Shown here: piece after piece, positions 48,252 to 57,759 of the stretch | Position numbering within the stretch: the stretch's first letter is position 1 | How the letters are laid out: each line of letters opens with the position of its first letter | Assembly (NCBI GenBank): GCA_965116925.1 | Contig: OZ220744.1 | Location: 1,280,001 to 1,344,000, forward strand | Source of the DNA: Candidatus Poribacteria bacterium | Lineage (GTDB): Bacteria > Poribacteria > WGA-4E > PCPOR2b | Length of the DNA: 64,000 nucleotides | Direction of reading: 5' to 3' | Notes under the pieces: model-generated | What the model was told of the DNA's origin: nothing | Databases searched by the model: none | The model's input: the letters and a program-made list of their open reading frames with translations, nothing else | Translations under genes and position numbers: made by a program

Positions 48252-49430
48252 ATGGCAGCACCACAACAAGACAGCAAATTTATTGAACTAAAGCCATTTA
48301 CAGATGAGATGGTTGTTAGCATGGGACCGCAGCACCCAAGCACCCATGGCGTACTAAGGCTTGAGTTGAAACTGGACGGAGAAATCGTCCGGGATGCAAT
48401 CCCACATATCGGGTATCTACACCGCTGCTTTGAAAAACATTCCGAGAATCTGAATTATCAACAAATTATCCCGTTTACCGACCGGATGGATTATATCGCA
48501 GCGATGAATATGAACTGGGGATTTTGTCTGGCGGTTGAGGAACTAATGATGGCGGATGAGAAGAAATTTCCCGGCGTTCCTGAACGGGGAGAATACCTGC
48601 GTATCCTCATCGGTGAGCTGAATCGAATCGGGAGCCATCTTCTGTCTTTTGGCACCTACGGCATGGACATCGGTGCTTTTACCCCGTTCCTTTACGCCTT
48701 TAGGGATCGCGAGAAAATCCTCCTGCTTTTTGAAAAGATTTGCGGCGCGCGATTGACGTACAATTATATCCGCGTCGGTGGCGTTTCAAGGGATACACCC
48801 CCCGGATTTATGGATGAAGTTAAGGAATTTATCGATTATTTTGAGCCGCAGATCGATGTGTACAACTCACTACTCACCGCCAACCGCATCTTCATTGAGC
48901 GTACCGCAGATGTCGCTGTAATGGATGCGGACATGGCGATTAACTACGGCATTACGGGCCCCAATCTCCGCGGAGCGGGGTTACAATGGGATCTGCGCAA
49001 AGATGAGCCATACTCCATCTATGACCGATTTGACTTTGATGTTCCAGTAGGCAGAGACATCCCCGAACTTGGCGTAGTCGCCGGCGATTGCTGGAATCGT
49101 TATAAAGTCCGGATGGATGAGATGAAAGAATCGGTACGGATCATCCGGCAGATTCTTGATTCCGGCCTGCCCGATGGTCCCGTTCAGGCGGAGTTGAAAG
49201 CGGTGCGTCCCCCCAAAGGCGAAATCTTTCACCGAAGCGAAGCCCCCCGCGGTGAACTAGGATTTTATATTGTGAGCGATGGGACACCGAAGCCGGTGCG
49301 AGTAAAAGCCAAATCCCCCTGCTTCACGGCGTTGAGTGCGTTACAAGAGTTGAGTCGCGGATTGATGGTCGCGGATATTATCGCCATCATTGGGAGCATT
49401 GATATTGTCATGGGAGAGGTCGATCGCTAG
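48252..49430 (+). CDS. nuoD: NADH-quinone oxidoreductase subunit D
   Basis: GPQHPSTHGVLRL and GYLHR motifs; GEVDR terminus. Confidence 0.97.
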   Translation: MAAPQQDSKFIELKPFTDEMVVSMGPQHPSTHGVLRLELKLDGEIVRDAIPHIGYLHRCFEKHSENLNYQQIIPFTDRMDYIAAMNMNWGFCLAVEELMMADEKKFPGVPERGEYLRILIGELNRIGSHLLSFGTYGMDIGAFTPFLYAFRDREKILLLFEKICGARLTYNYIRVGGVSRDTPPGFMDEVKEFIDYFEPQIDVYNSLLTANRIFIERTADVAVMDADMAINYGITGPNLRGAGLQWDLRKDEPYSIYDRFDFDVPVGRDIPELGVVAGDCWNRYKVRMDEMKESVRIIRQILDSGLPDGPVQAELKAVRPPKGEIFHRSEAPRGELGFYIVSDGTPKPVRVKAKSPCFTALSALQELSRGLMVADIIAIIGSIDIVMGEVDR

Positions 49431-49440
49431 ATTCGATGTT

Positions 49441-49532
49441 GGCTCATGTAAAAACGGAGTGTAAAGCGCGAAGAGAAACCGAGTTTTTTCTTGAAAACTC
49501 GGTTTCTGTTGCACTATTTCTTAGCATGAGCC
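49441..49532. mobile_element. MITE shell family B
   Basis: Flanks TCGATGTT/CCGATGTT (7/8). Confidence 0.8.
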
Positions 49533-49592
49533 CCGATGTTTATCTTCGCGAATCACGTTTCACGAATCACGTTTCACGTATAAGGAGTTTGA

Positions 49593-50879
49593 ATGCCACT
49601 CGGTCTACAGTTTGAAAACCTACATCAATTTTTCGTCCAATCCTCCGAGAGTTGGGCGCAAAGGTTCGTCCAAGAGCACGCGCCAGTTTTAACACATCTC
49701 CCCACACCGCTCGGCGAATTGGTGATTATGCTCGCATGTTGCGTCATTTTTGTCGCCGTTGTTCCCCTACTCCCGCTCGGTCTTGTCTTAGCAGAACGAA
49801 AAGTTTCCGCCCATATCCAAGATCGGGTCGGACCGATGCGAGTCGGACCGCACGGTATCCTTCAGACTCTAGCCGACGGAGTCAAGCTCATCTTCAAAGA
49901 AGACCACATTCCGCGAGAGGGAGATAAATTTCTCTTTGTGGTTTCTCCATATATTATCTTCGCCTGTTCCTTCGCCGTATTTGCTGCGATTCCGTTTGAC
50001 AAATCTATTCTTGTCAGTGAATTAAATATCGGTATCTTTTATATCATGGCAATCTCCTCCGTCATTGTGATGGGCGTGATTATGGCGGGGTGGGCTTCCA
50101 ATAGCAAATGGTCCCTGCTTGGAGCGATGCGATCTGCCGCCCAAATCGTCAGCTATGAAATTCCGCTGGGGCTCTGTATTTTGACCGTTGTAATGCTGGT
50201 GCAAAGCCTAAATATGCAGGATATTGTTACAGGACAAGACGGGATAGCGAACTGGTTAATTTTTCGGACACCGTTCACCTTTGTGGCGTTCTTCGTTTTC
50301 TTCATTTCGGCGATTGCCGAAGTCAACCGTACCCCGTTTGACCTGCCCGAAGCAGAATCCGAACTGGTCGCTGGCTTCCATACCGAGTATAGCGGTATGC
50401 GTTTTGCACTGTTTTTCATCGCGGAATATGCAAATATGTTCGCCGTCAGTGCAATTGCTGCTACCCTGTTCCTCGGCGGTTGGCACGGGATTGTTCCCGC
50501 AGAGATGTTGCCTCAAGCCGGCATCCTCGGCTTTGTTCTGAAAACGCTGACCCTCGGTGGACTCTTAGGTGTCGCTATCAAAACGTTGTTATTAGTGTTC
50601 GTTATGATGTGGCTGCGCTGGACGCTACCGCGCCTGCGCGTGGATCAGTTGATGAACCTATGTTGGAAGTATTTTATACCGATCTCATTCTTCAATATTC
50701 TGGGCGTCGGAATCTGGGGATTGATTTTCCCGAAAGATTCGATGTTAAGCATTATTATCAGTATCGCTGTTATTATACTTGGACTCATTTTTACCTTCGG
50801 TGTGCTAGGTAAGAGTTTATCTAAGGGACCTGAACCACCGCCCAGTTCGGCGGAGAGGCGAATTTCTGCGACAACCTAA
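49593..50879 (+). CDS. nuoH: NADH-quinone oxidoreductase subunit H
   Basis: ERK..A..Q.R.GP and NRTPFDLPEAESELV motifs. Confidence 0.97.
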   Translation: MPLGLQFENLHQFFVQSSESWAQRFVQEHAPVLTHLPTPLGELVIMLACCVIFVAVVPLLPLGLVLAERKVSAHIQDRVGPMRVGPHGILQTLADGVKLIFKEDHIPREGDKFLFVVSPYIIFACSFAVFAAIPFDKSILVSELNIGIFYIMAISSVIVMGVIMAGWASNSKWSLLGAMRSAAQIVSYEIPLGLCILTVVMLVQSLNMQDIVTGQDGIANWLIFRTPFTFVAFFVFFISAIAEVNRTPFDLPEAESELVAGFHTEYSGMRFALFFIAEYANMFAVSAIAATLFLGGWHGIVPAEMLPQAGILGFVLKTLTLGGLLGVAIKTLLLVFVMMWLRWTLPRLRVDQLMNLCWKYFIPISFFNILGVGIWGLIFPKDSMLSIIISIAVIILGLIFTFGVLGKSLSKGPEPPPSSAERRISATT

Positions 50880-50923
50880 AAAAAGCTAAAGGAACACAAA
50901 TTTACCTCTAAGGAGGTTTCGTC

Positions 50924-51595
50924 ATGCGTCACTATTTCTCAAATATCTATTTAGGGGTTTACACAGCCCTCGTTGGTATGCGTATCACCTTCAAACAGTT
51001 TTTGCAACCCTCCGTCACCCACCAATACCCTTATGACCGCTCCTTTGAGCAGAAGAAAAATATACGCGAAATTCCCAAGGGGTATCGAGGCAAGCTACAC
51101 AACCGCATTGAGGACTGTATCGGCTGTAAAAAATGTGAGATGATCTGTCCCGTCGATTGCATTACCATCACCACCCAAAAACTCCCCAAAGGTGAACGAC
51201 TTTGGGATAGTATGAACGTGGTCCATCTCAAAGATAGAACAGAGATTGTCGGTAATATTGAGGGAGACGAGAAACCAGGACCCAGTACAACGGTTACAAT
51301 TCAGACTCGTGAAGATGGAACCGTTAATGTTTCAAGCGAGGAAATCGCTAACATCGTTGAGCGGAAACCGGTAATCTTTTACCTCGATCAGTTTGACATC
51401 GATATGTCGCTCTGTATGTACTGTGGTCTTTGCACCGAGGTTTGTCCAACAGAGTGCCTGATTATGTATGATAATCTTAGCGACGGGATTGAATATTCAA
51501 CCTTCGATAGGACAGACCTGATTTACGAATTTGCGAAACCAGAAATGTACGATCAACCAGATGATGAATCCACTGAGGCAGAAGCCGCAGACTAA
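50924..51595 (+). CDS. nuoI: NADH-quinone oxidoreductase subunit I with inserted domain
   Basis: CIGCKKCEMICP and CMYCGLCTEVCP motifs. Confidence 0.93.
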   Translation: MRHYFSNIYLGVYTALVGMRITFKQFLQPSVTHQYPYDRSFEQKKNIREIPKGYRGKLHNRIEDCIGCKKCEMICPVDCITITTQKLPKGERLWDSMNVVHLKDRTEIVGNIEGDEKPGPSTTVTIQTREDGTVNVSSEEIANIVERKPVIFYLDQFDIDMSLCMYCGLCTEVCPTECLIMYDNLSDGIEYSTFDRTDLIYEFAKPEMYDQPDDESTEAEAAD

Positions 51596-51626
51596 TGGGG
51601 TGAAATCTCAAACCCAAAAACTGAGA

Positions 51627-51719
51627 CGCTCATATAAAAAGTAAAGTGCAAAACACTAAGAGAAACCGAGTTTTTTCGGCAAAACTCGGTTTCTGTTGCA
51701 CCATTTCTTGACATGAGCC
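51627..51719. mobile_element. MITE shell family B
   Basis: CGCTCATAT...CATGAGCC with GAAACCGAG hairpin; TSD degenerate. Confidence 0.75.
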
Positions 51720-51741
51720 GACCAAGAAATTGAGCTAACTC

Positions 51742-52260
51742 ATGGAATTGAATCCTCAACAATTGGTTTTCTATCTTTTTGCCCTGCTGACCATCGGATC
51801 GGCAGTGATCGTTGTCACGATAAAAAATATCGTCTACGCCGCCTTTTCACTGATGGTTACCCTTTTTAGTGTTGCAGGGCTTTATGTTTTTTTGCAGGCA
51901 GATTTCCTTGCCGCTACCCAAGTGATAGTCTATGTCGGCGGTATTCTCGTACTGATCCTATTTGGGGTTATGATGACAAGTGGGCGCTTGGACCTGAAGC
52001 TAAAACTTGAGCGCGGACAGATGTTCTGGGGAGCGGTTGTATCGCTGATCCTCTTTGGATTGCTTCTGAGTGTCATCACAAATACCCCACAATGGGAAAA
52101 CGTGGACGTAGGGGCATCGCAGGAGCCAACAACTCGCAGGATTGGTGAGATGATTATGCAGGAAGAGTACTTATTGCCATTTGAGATTGCGTCGATTCTT
52201 TTACTAGTTGCATTGATTGGAGCAGCACTCATTTCTCGTAAGGAGGTCAGAGACGAGTGA
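51742..52260 (+). CDS. nuoJ: NADH-quinone oxidoreductase subunit J
   Basis: QVIVYVGGILVL and LLPFE motifs. Confidence 0.95.
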   Translation: MELNPQQLVFYLFALLTIGSAVIVVTIKNIVYAAFSLMVTLFSVAGLYVFLQADFLAATQVIVYVGGILVLILFGVMMTSGRLDLKLKLERGQMFWGAVVSLILFGLLLSVITNTPQWENVDVGASQEPTTRRIGEMIMQEEYLLPFEIASILLLVALIGAALISRKEVRDE

Positions 52261-52565
52261 GTTTACAGAGTTACCTTGTCATCAGCATTATACTGTTCTG
52301 TCTCGGAATCTTTTGTGTTTTGACGCGCAGGAACGCTATCAGCATCCTGATGGGAATCGAATTGATCCTCAATTCCTGCAACCTCAACTTTGCTGCCTTT
52401 TCTCGCTATGTGACGCCACCTGATGACATTAGCGGTCAGATCATCGCACTTTTTGGAATCGTCCTAGCTGCCGCCGAAGCCGCCGTCTTTTTAGCCATTA
52501 TTTTGGCGATTTATAGAGAGTTCAGCACCATCAGCCCCGACGAGACCGACACCTTGAAAGGATAA
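52257..52565 (+). CDS. nuoK: NADH-quinone oxidoreductase subunit K
   Basis: RRN..LMGIELILN and AAAEAA motifs. Confidence 0.96.
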   Translation: MSLQSYLVISIILFCLGIFCVLTRRNAISILMGIELILNSCNLNFAAFSRYVTPPDDISGQIIALFGIVLAAAEAAVFLAIILAIYREFSTISPDETDTLKG

Positions 52566-52571
52566 ACCGTT

Positions 52572-52636
52572 TAGGATTACGTACTTCGGTTTGTAGTAGC
52601 GCAGTTTATTGCGCATCATAAACGGCGCAAATCCTA
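52572..52636. mobile_element. Short family E element
   Basis: TAGGATTACG..GCAAATCCTA; flanks CCGTT/TCGTT; same cargo as 44886. Confidence 0.6.
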
Positions 52637-52887
52637 TCGTTATTGTTTTCTTGATCGAATAGTACGTAGGTTGGGTTGAACGGAACTAATTAAAAATACC
52701 AACCATCACAACTGAATTTCGGAGTCCAATTCTGCTGGAAATTGCTCTAATCTAGTGAAACCCAACATTAAACTAATGGCTCCATGAGCAAATGGTTTTC
52801 ACGTTTCACGCATCACGTTTCACGTTCGGTCTCTGAGGAATGGGCGTATCAATGGTTGCAAACTACTAGTTGTCAGGAGATAACAAA

Positions 52888-53298
52888 ATGGGACCTTTCG
52901 TGGAACTCAAGTTAGCAAATAGTATTGATGCTGCGCTTGTGCACCGTGGTTTTCTCGCGCCCAATCAGGTACGTCAAACCGAAATTCGGGGTGTAGTGGA
53001 TACAGGGGCAGTGCGACTGGTAATCCCCGAACATGTGGCAACGGAATTAGGCGGGCGTGAAGTTGATGAAATACAGGTCCGCTATGCTGATGGACGCATA
53101 GCCACACGAAAGCTAGTGACTGATGTTCTGGTAGAACTTTTGGGACGTGAAGCAACTTTTCGCGCAAGTGTTGAGCCTGACCGAGATTCGGCACTCATCG
53201 GAGCAATTGTCCTTGAAGATCTTGATCTCCTTGTAGATTGTACCACAGAAAGATTACGCCCCCGCGATCCCAATCATATTATTTCAGAAATAGAGTAA
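52888..53298 (+). CDS. Clan AA (retropepsin-like) aspartic protease
   Basis: VVDTGA, YADGR and LIGAIVLEDLDL.VD motifs; AGGAGA RBS. Confidence 0.9.
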   Translation: MGPFVELKLANSIDAALVHRGFLAPNQVRQTEIRGVVDTGAVRLVIPEHVATELGGREVDEIQVRYADGRIATRKLVTDVLVELLGREATFRASVEPDRDSALIGAIVLEDLDLLVDCTTERLRPRDPNHIISEIE

Positions 53299-53322
53299 GT
53301 AACTCCATGAGGAGATTATTAT

Positions 53323-55539
53323 ATGCCTGTTGTACCTCTTATTAGCATCATCTTACTTGCCCCCCTCGCAGCATTCGCGTTTTTCGGGCTCCTATCGCTG
53401 ACCGGACGCAATTACCGCCGCCAAGATCTGGTTTCAACCGCAGCAATGATTGTGGCATTTGTCTGCTCCGTCCTCCTGTTTACAAACGTTATCAATGATC
53501 CAGATAAATTTTCGCACGATGGCGCAGAGATATACTCACTCACGTGGCTCCCGCTTGGCTCAGTCAACTTTTCAATGGGCTTCCTCTTTGACAGCGTGAC
53601 CGCCGTCATGCTCCTCGTTGTCACGATTGTCAGTAGCCTTGTGCATATCTTTTCAATCGGATACATGCACGGCGACCCCCGCTATCCCCGATTTTTTGCC
53701 TTTCTATCGTTGTTCTCATTCTCGATGCTCTTCTTGGTTGTTTCCGACAACCTACTCGGTATCTATATCGGTTGGGAGCTTGTTGGTGTCTGCTCTTATC
53801 TACTCATCGGATTCTGGTTTGAACAAGATGCCCCAGCAAATGCGTGTAAAAAAGCGTTCATGACAACCCGCGTCGGTGATGTCGGGATGTTCATCGGCAT
53901 GATGATGCTTTTCGCCAAGTTCCGCACGTTATCACTTTACGGCGATGAAGGCATATTTGCACTCGCCAGTAACCTGACCACCGGCGATATAACTTGGCTG
54001 TCAATTGCCGGGGTGCTAATCTTCTGCGGTGCTGTCGGCAAGTCAGCACAAATCCCCCTGCATACATGGCTTCCCGATGCGATGGAAGGTCCCACACCTG
54101 TCAGTGCCTTGATTCACGCCGCGACAATGGTCGCCGCAGGGGTTTATCTTACTGCACGAATGTTCCCAATCCTCACCGCGGATTCATCACTAGTTATTGC
54201 GTATGTCGGGGGGATCACGGCGTTAGTCGCAGCAACAATTGCCATTGTTCGATTCGACATCAAGCGAGTCCTTGCCTATTCGACTATCAGCCAACTTGGT
54301 TATATGATGTTGGCGATTGGGGCAGGAAGTTATATCGCAGGACTTTTCCATCTCACAACACACGCATTTTTCAAAGCCCTACTCTTCCTCGGCTCCGGCA
54401 GCGTCATCCACGCCTTCCACGCCGCTCACCATGCTCACGGCGGCGACCATGACCACGCACACGATGACGACCATGGGCATACCGACGATCACGACGCAGC
54501 TTTCGATAGTCACGGCATTGACCCTGCACAAGACATGCGCCACATGGGGGGGCTACGCCATAAGATGCCCATCACCTTTGTAACAATGTTGATTGCGACG
54601 CTGTCAATCGCTGGTGTGCCATATATCTTCTCAGGCTTCTGGAGTAAAGATGCAGTCCTCGTTGAAGTGCTTTACCGGGCAATCTCTTGGAATTCGGTTC
54701 ATCACTATATTCTGTTTGGCATGGCCGCGCTCGCAGCTGTCATCACCGCATTTTATATGTTCCGCCTCATCTTCATGACCTTTACCGGGGAGCCGCGCAA
54801 TCAAGAAATGTACGACGGTGCACACGAATCGCCTCTGAAGATGGCGATTCCACTAATTATTTTAGCGGTTCTCAGCTTTCCAATCGTCAACAAATGGTCA
54901 TTTGAAAAATATGTGAAACAACCAGAGCAACCCCACATCCACGCGCCGAAACATGCAATGCACAATTCAGATCAAGGTCTCTTACATGCACAGTTGGGGC
55001 TTTCCGATGCACACGCTGCCGGAGAGGATACGCACAGTGACGATGCAGCAGCACACCATAACCCAGACCACGATAAGGCGCATAATATCGTAGTGCCACT
55101 GTCGTTCGTTATCGTCATTATCGGTATCGGGTTATCTGCGCTTTTCTATTACTGGAGGAAGTTTTCTGCCGAAGCTGTTGCAGCGAGGCTGCGACCGATT
55201 TACACGCTGCTATGGAACAAATACTATTTTGATGAACTTTACGACGGTGTGCTCGTCGCACTTACCGTCGCAGGTTCAAAAGTGCTCGGACTCTTTGATT
55301 TGCGTTTCATCGATGGAATTGTCAACGGGGTCGGTATCGCTGTACAGGCAGGATGTTCTCGACTCGCAGGGTGGTTTGACAACACCTTTGTCGATGGACT
55401 AGTCAATTTAGTCGCCCGAATTACTTGGTCAATCGGTGGCAGGGTCAGACGGGTTCAAACGGGCATGATCCAAAATTATCTGCTAGCGGTTTTGGGCGGT
55501 GTTGTGCTATTAATTCTGATTTTCCGTGCTTTATTCTAG
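53323..55539 (+). CDS. nuoL: NADH-quinone oxidoreductase subunit L
   Basis: WLPDAMEGPTPVSALIHAATMV and HAFFKALLFL motifs. Confidence 0.97.
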   Translation: MPVVPLISIILLAPLAAFAFFGLLSLTGRNYRRQDLVSTAAMIVAFVCSVLLFTNVINDPDKFSHDGAEIYSLTWLPLGSVNFSMGFLFDSVTAVMLLVVTIVSSLVHIFSIGYMHGDPRYPRFFAFLSLFSFSMLFLVVSDNLLGIYIGWELVGVCSYLLIGFWFEQDAPANACKKAFMTTRVGDVGMFIGMMMLFAKFRTLSLYGDEGIFALASNLTTGDITWLSIAGVLIFCGAVGKSAQIPLHTWLPDAMEGPTPVSALIHAATMVAAGVYLTARMFPILTADSSLVIAYVGGITALVAATIAIVRFDIKRVLAYSTISQLGYMMLAIGAGSYIAGLFHLTTHAFFKALLFLGSGSVIHAFHAAHHAHGGDHDHAHDDDHGHTDDHDAAFDSHGIDPAQDMRHMGGLRHKMPITFVTMLIATLSIAGVPYIFSGFWSKDAVLVEVLYRAISWNSVHHYILFGMAALAAVITAFYMFRLIFMTFTGEPRNQEMYDGAHESPLKMAIPLIILAVLSFPIVNKWSFEKYVKQPEQPHIHAPKHAMHNSDQGLLHAQLGLSDAHAAGEDTHSDDAAAHHNPDHDKAHNIVVPLSFVIVIIGIGLSALFYYWRKFSAEAVAARLRPIYTLLWNKYYFDELYDGVLVALTVAGSKVLGLFDLRFIDGIVNGVGIAVQAGCSRLAGWFDNTFVDGLVNLVARITWSIGGRVRRVQTGMIQNYLLAVLGGVVLLILIFRALF

Positions 55540-55605
55540 TAGCACTTACGGAGTCAACTGTAGGCGGGGTATCTGGTTTCCCCGCGCTGAAACGCGTAAG
55601 TCCTA
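55540..55605. mobile_element. Family E element at the nuoL stop
   Basis: Perfect 5-bp TSD TCTAG (55535-55539, 55606-55610). Confidence 0.8.
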
Positions 55606-55642
55606 TCTAGGGTGTCTTCTATTCAAAAGTGAGGTGAAAATC

Positions 55643-55951
55643 ATGGCATTTCCACTTCCGCCGATTGATGATCCGGCGTTACAAAAATTCTGCAAAACGC
55701 ATAATCTGTATGAGGCGGTCGCTGCCGGTTGCCATTACGCACACAAGTTCTTTCCAGCAGCGGAAACGATTGAGATTGATTTCCACCCACCTCATCGGGA
55801 CGATGAGCCAGAGGAGGCAGACATTGCATTCGTGATTAAGTCAAATATGACAGTCAACGAAACGCTTGAGGCTCAAGATCGATTCATCAAAGCCATGAGG
55901 GATGTGCCGGGGGCTTTCTATATCATCCCTCTGCATAGGTTCATCGGATGA
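55643..55951 (+). CDS. Small hypothetical protein, possible antitoxin
   Basis: GAGGTG RBS; stop overlaps the next ATG (ATGA). Confidence 0.6.
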   Translation: MAFPLPPIDDPALQKFCKTHNLYEAVAAGCHYAHKFFPAAETIEIDFHPPHRDDEPEEADIAFVIKSNMTVNETLEAQDRFIKAMRDVPGAFYIIPLHRFIG

Positions 55952-56028
55952 ATCATCTTGATTTCCTAGATACAGCAGCCGCTTTTGATCGACTTGATAA
56001 AACAACCCTTTCCGAAGGGATCTTATAG
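55948..56028 (+). pseudogene. Truncated gene remnant, HEPN-protein-like N-terminus
   Basis: MNHLDFLDTA..SEG ends at a TAG supplied by the family A MITE. Confidence 0.4.
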
Positions 56029-56131
56029 TGAATTCAAAAAATAAATGAACACTTTCGCTCCCCATGTTTGGTAGGCGCTGTTTGTAACTGCGCCGATTTG
56101 GAGTGTTTCATTAATTCTAAAATCTACTATA
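56024..56131. mobile_element. MITE shell family A
   Basis: Near-identical to 47539-47646. Confidence 0.82.
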
Positions 56132-56262
56132 AACTATCTTCAAAGAACAAATCAGATCTGACGTAAAAAATGAATAATTTGGCGCATCACGCCATAAATA
56201 GTAGGAGTAGGTTTCAAATCTGCACTACCTATGGACGCTTTTAACGAGGAGGATTTCACTGG

Positions 56263-57747
56263 ATGTTATCGTTGATGATTTTTATCCCTCTGCTAGGGAT
56301 GCTTGTGGTTCTGTTTGCTATTCGGCGAGAACAGGAGGAACTCGCCAAGCGTGTGACGTTTATTGTCACGCTGATCCCGCTGCTGATTGCAGTCTTTCTT
56401 TTTGTAGATTATGATCGATCCATGTCGGGACATCAGTATGAAGAAGACATGATGTGGATTCAGGCATTCAATATCCGCTACCACGTCGGGATCGATGGAT
56501 TAAGCGTTACACTGGTGCTTTTGACAGCGCTGCTGGGACCGATATGTGTCCTTGCATCGTGGAAAATCGACAAAGGAATCAAAGCCTACCTCGCGCTGTT
56601 TCTGCTTTTGGAAACAGGTATGATCGGTTTCTTCTGCGCCCTGGATATGTTCCTATTCTATGTCTTCTTTGAGGTTACGTTGCTCCCAATGTATTTCCTG
56701 ATCGGGATATGGGGTGGAGAGAGGCGCGAGTATGCAGCAATTAAGTTTTTCCTGTATACGCTCTTCGGCAGCGTGCTGATGCTTATCGCCATGATCGCCG
56801 TTTATCTGAAGGGCGGCACCTTTGATATTCCAACGCTGATCGAACTTGCGAAGACCCCGGGCCACGCACTCGCAGATCCCACATTCCAGGTATGGGCGTT
56901 TCTCGGTTTCTTCATCGGCTTTGCGGTCAAAGTGCCTATTTTCCCCTTCCACACGTGGTTACCCGATGCTCATGTAGAGGCACCAACTGCGATCAGCGTC
57001 ATCCTTGCAGGAATCCTTTTGAAGATGGGGACGTATGGACTGGTTCGCATCAACTTTGCGATGCTGCCTGAAGGGATGGACTTCTTCTGCAACGGCGTAG
57101 GAACGTGGGGCAATTCGTTGGCGATTCTCGGCTTCATCAATATCGTTTACGGTTCACTCTGTGCGTTGGCACAGACCGACTTTAAGAAACTTGTTGCCTA
57201 CTCCAGTATTGGTCACATGGGATTTGTCCTGATAGGTCTTGCGGCACGGAATGAGAGCGGATTAACCGGTGCTATCCTTCAGATGTTCAACCACGGCGTC
57301 ATTAGCGCGATGCTGTTTCTCCTAGTGGGCGTTGTGTATGACCGAGCACACCACCGCGAAATCAACGGTTTCGGTGGACTCGGTAGCAAAATGCCGATAT
57401 ACACCGGCATAACGACACTGGCGTTTATGGCGTCCTTGGGGCTGCCGGGACTCAGCGGTTTTGTTGGGGAAGCGTTGTCTCTGCTGGGGGCATATAGTAA
57501 GTTCAAAGTGTTGACAATCCTTTCAACCGCCGGTATTGTTGTCGGTGCAGCTTACTTCCTCTGGACGTTACAGCGTGTCTTTCTAGGAGAGTTGAATCCG
57601 AAATACGAAAGTATCACCGAAATCAATGGGCGCGAAATCGCAACGTTGGTCCCGTTAGGCATCCTTACGATTGTGCTGGGTATTTGGCCCTCAATCGCCA
57701 TTGATATGTTTAGAGAAGCCGTGAGTATATTGCCGCTTGTACAATAA
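56263..57747 (+). CDS. nuoM: NADH-quinone oxidoreductase subunit M
   Basis: PFHTWLPDAHVEAPT and LLKMG motifs. Confidence 0.97.
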   Translation: MLSLMIFIPLLGMLVVLFAIRREQEELAKRVTFIVTLIPLLIAVFLFVDYDRSMSGHQYEEDMMWIQAFNIRYHVGIDGLSVTLVLLTALLGPICVLASWKIDKGIKAYLALFLLLETGMIGFFCALDMFLFYVFFEVTLLPMYFLIGIWGGERREYAAIKFFLYTLFGSVLMLIAMIAVYLKGGTFDIPTLIELAKTPGHALADPTFQVWAFLGFFIGFAVKVPIFPFHTWLPDAHVEAPTAISVILAGILLKMGTYGLVRINFAMLPEGMDFFCNGVGTWGNSLAILGFINIVYGSLCALAQTDFKKLVAYSSIGHMGFVLIGLAARNESGLTGAILQMFNHGVISAMLFLLVGVVYDRAHHREINGFGGLGSKMPIYTGITTLAFMASLGLPGLSGFVGEALSLLGAYSKFKVLTILSTAGIVVGAAYFLWTLQRVFLGELNPKYESITEINGREIATLVPLGILTIVLGIWPSIAIDMFREAVSILPLVQ

Positions 57748-57759
57748 AGGGAGAGTTCA

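Noticed and set aside
55526..55642. N-terminal extension of the small gene after nuoL
   Set aside because: Translated E element; the RBS supports ATG 55643.
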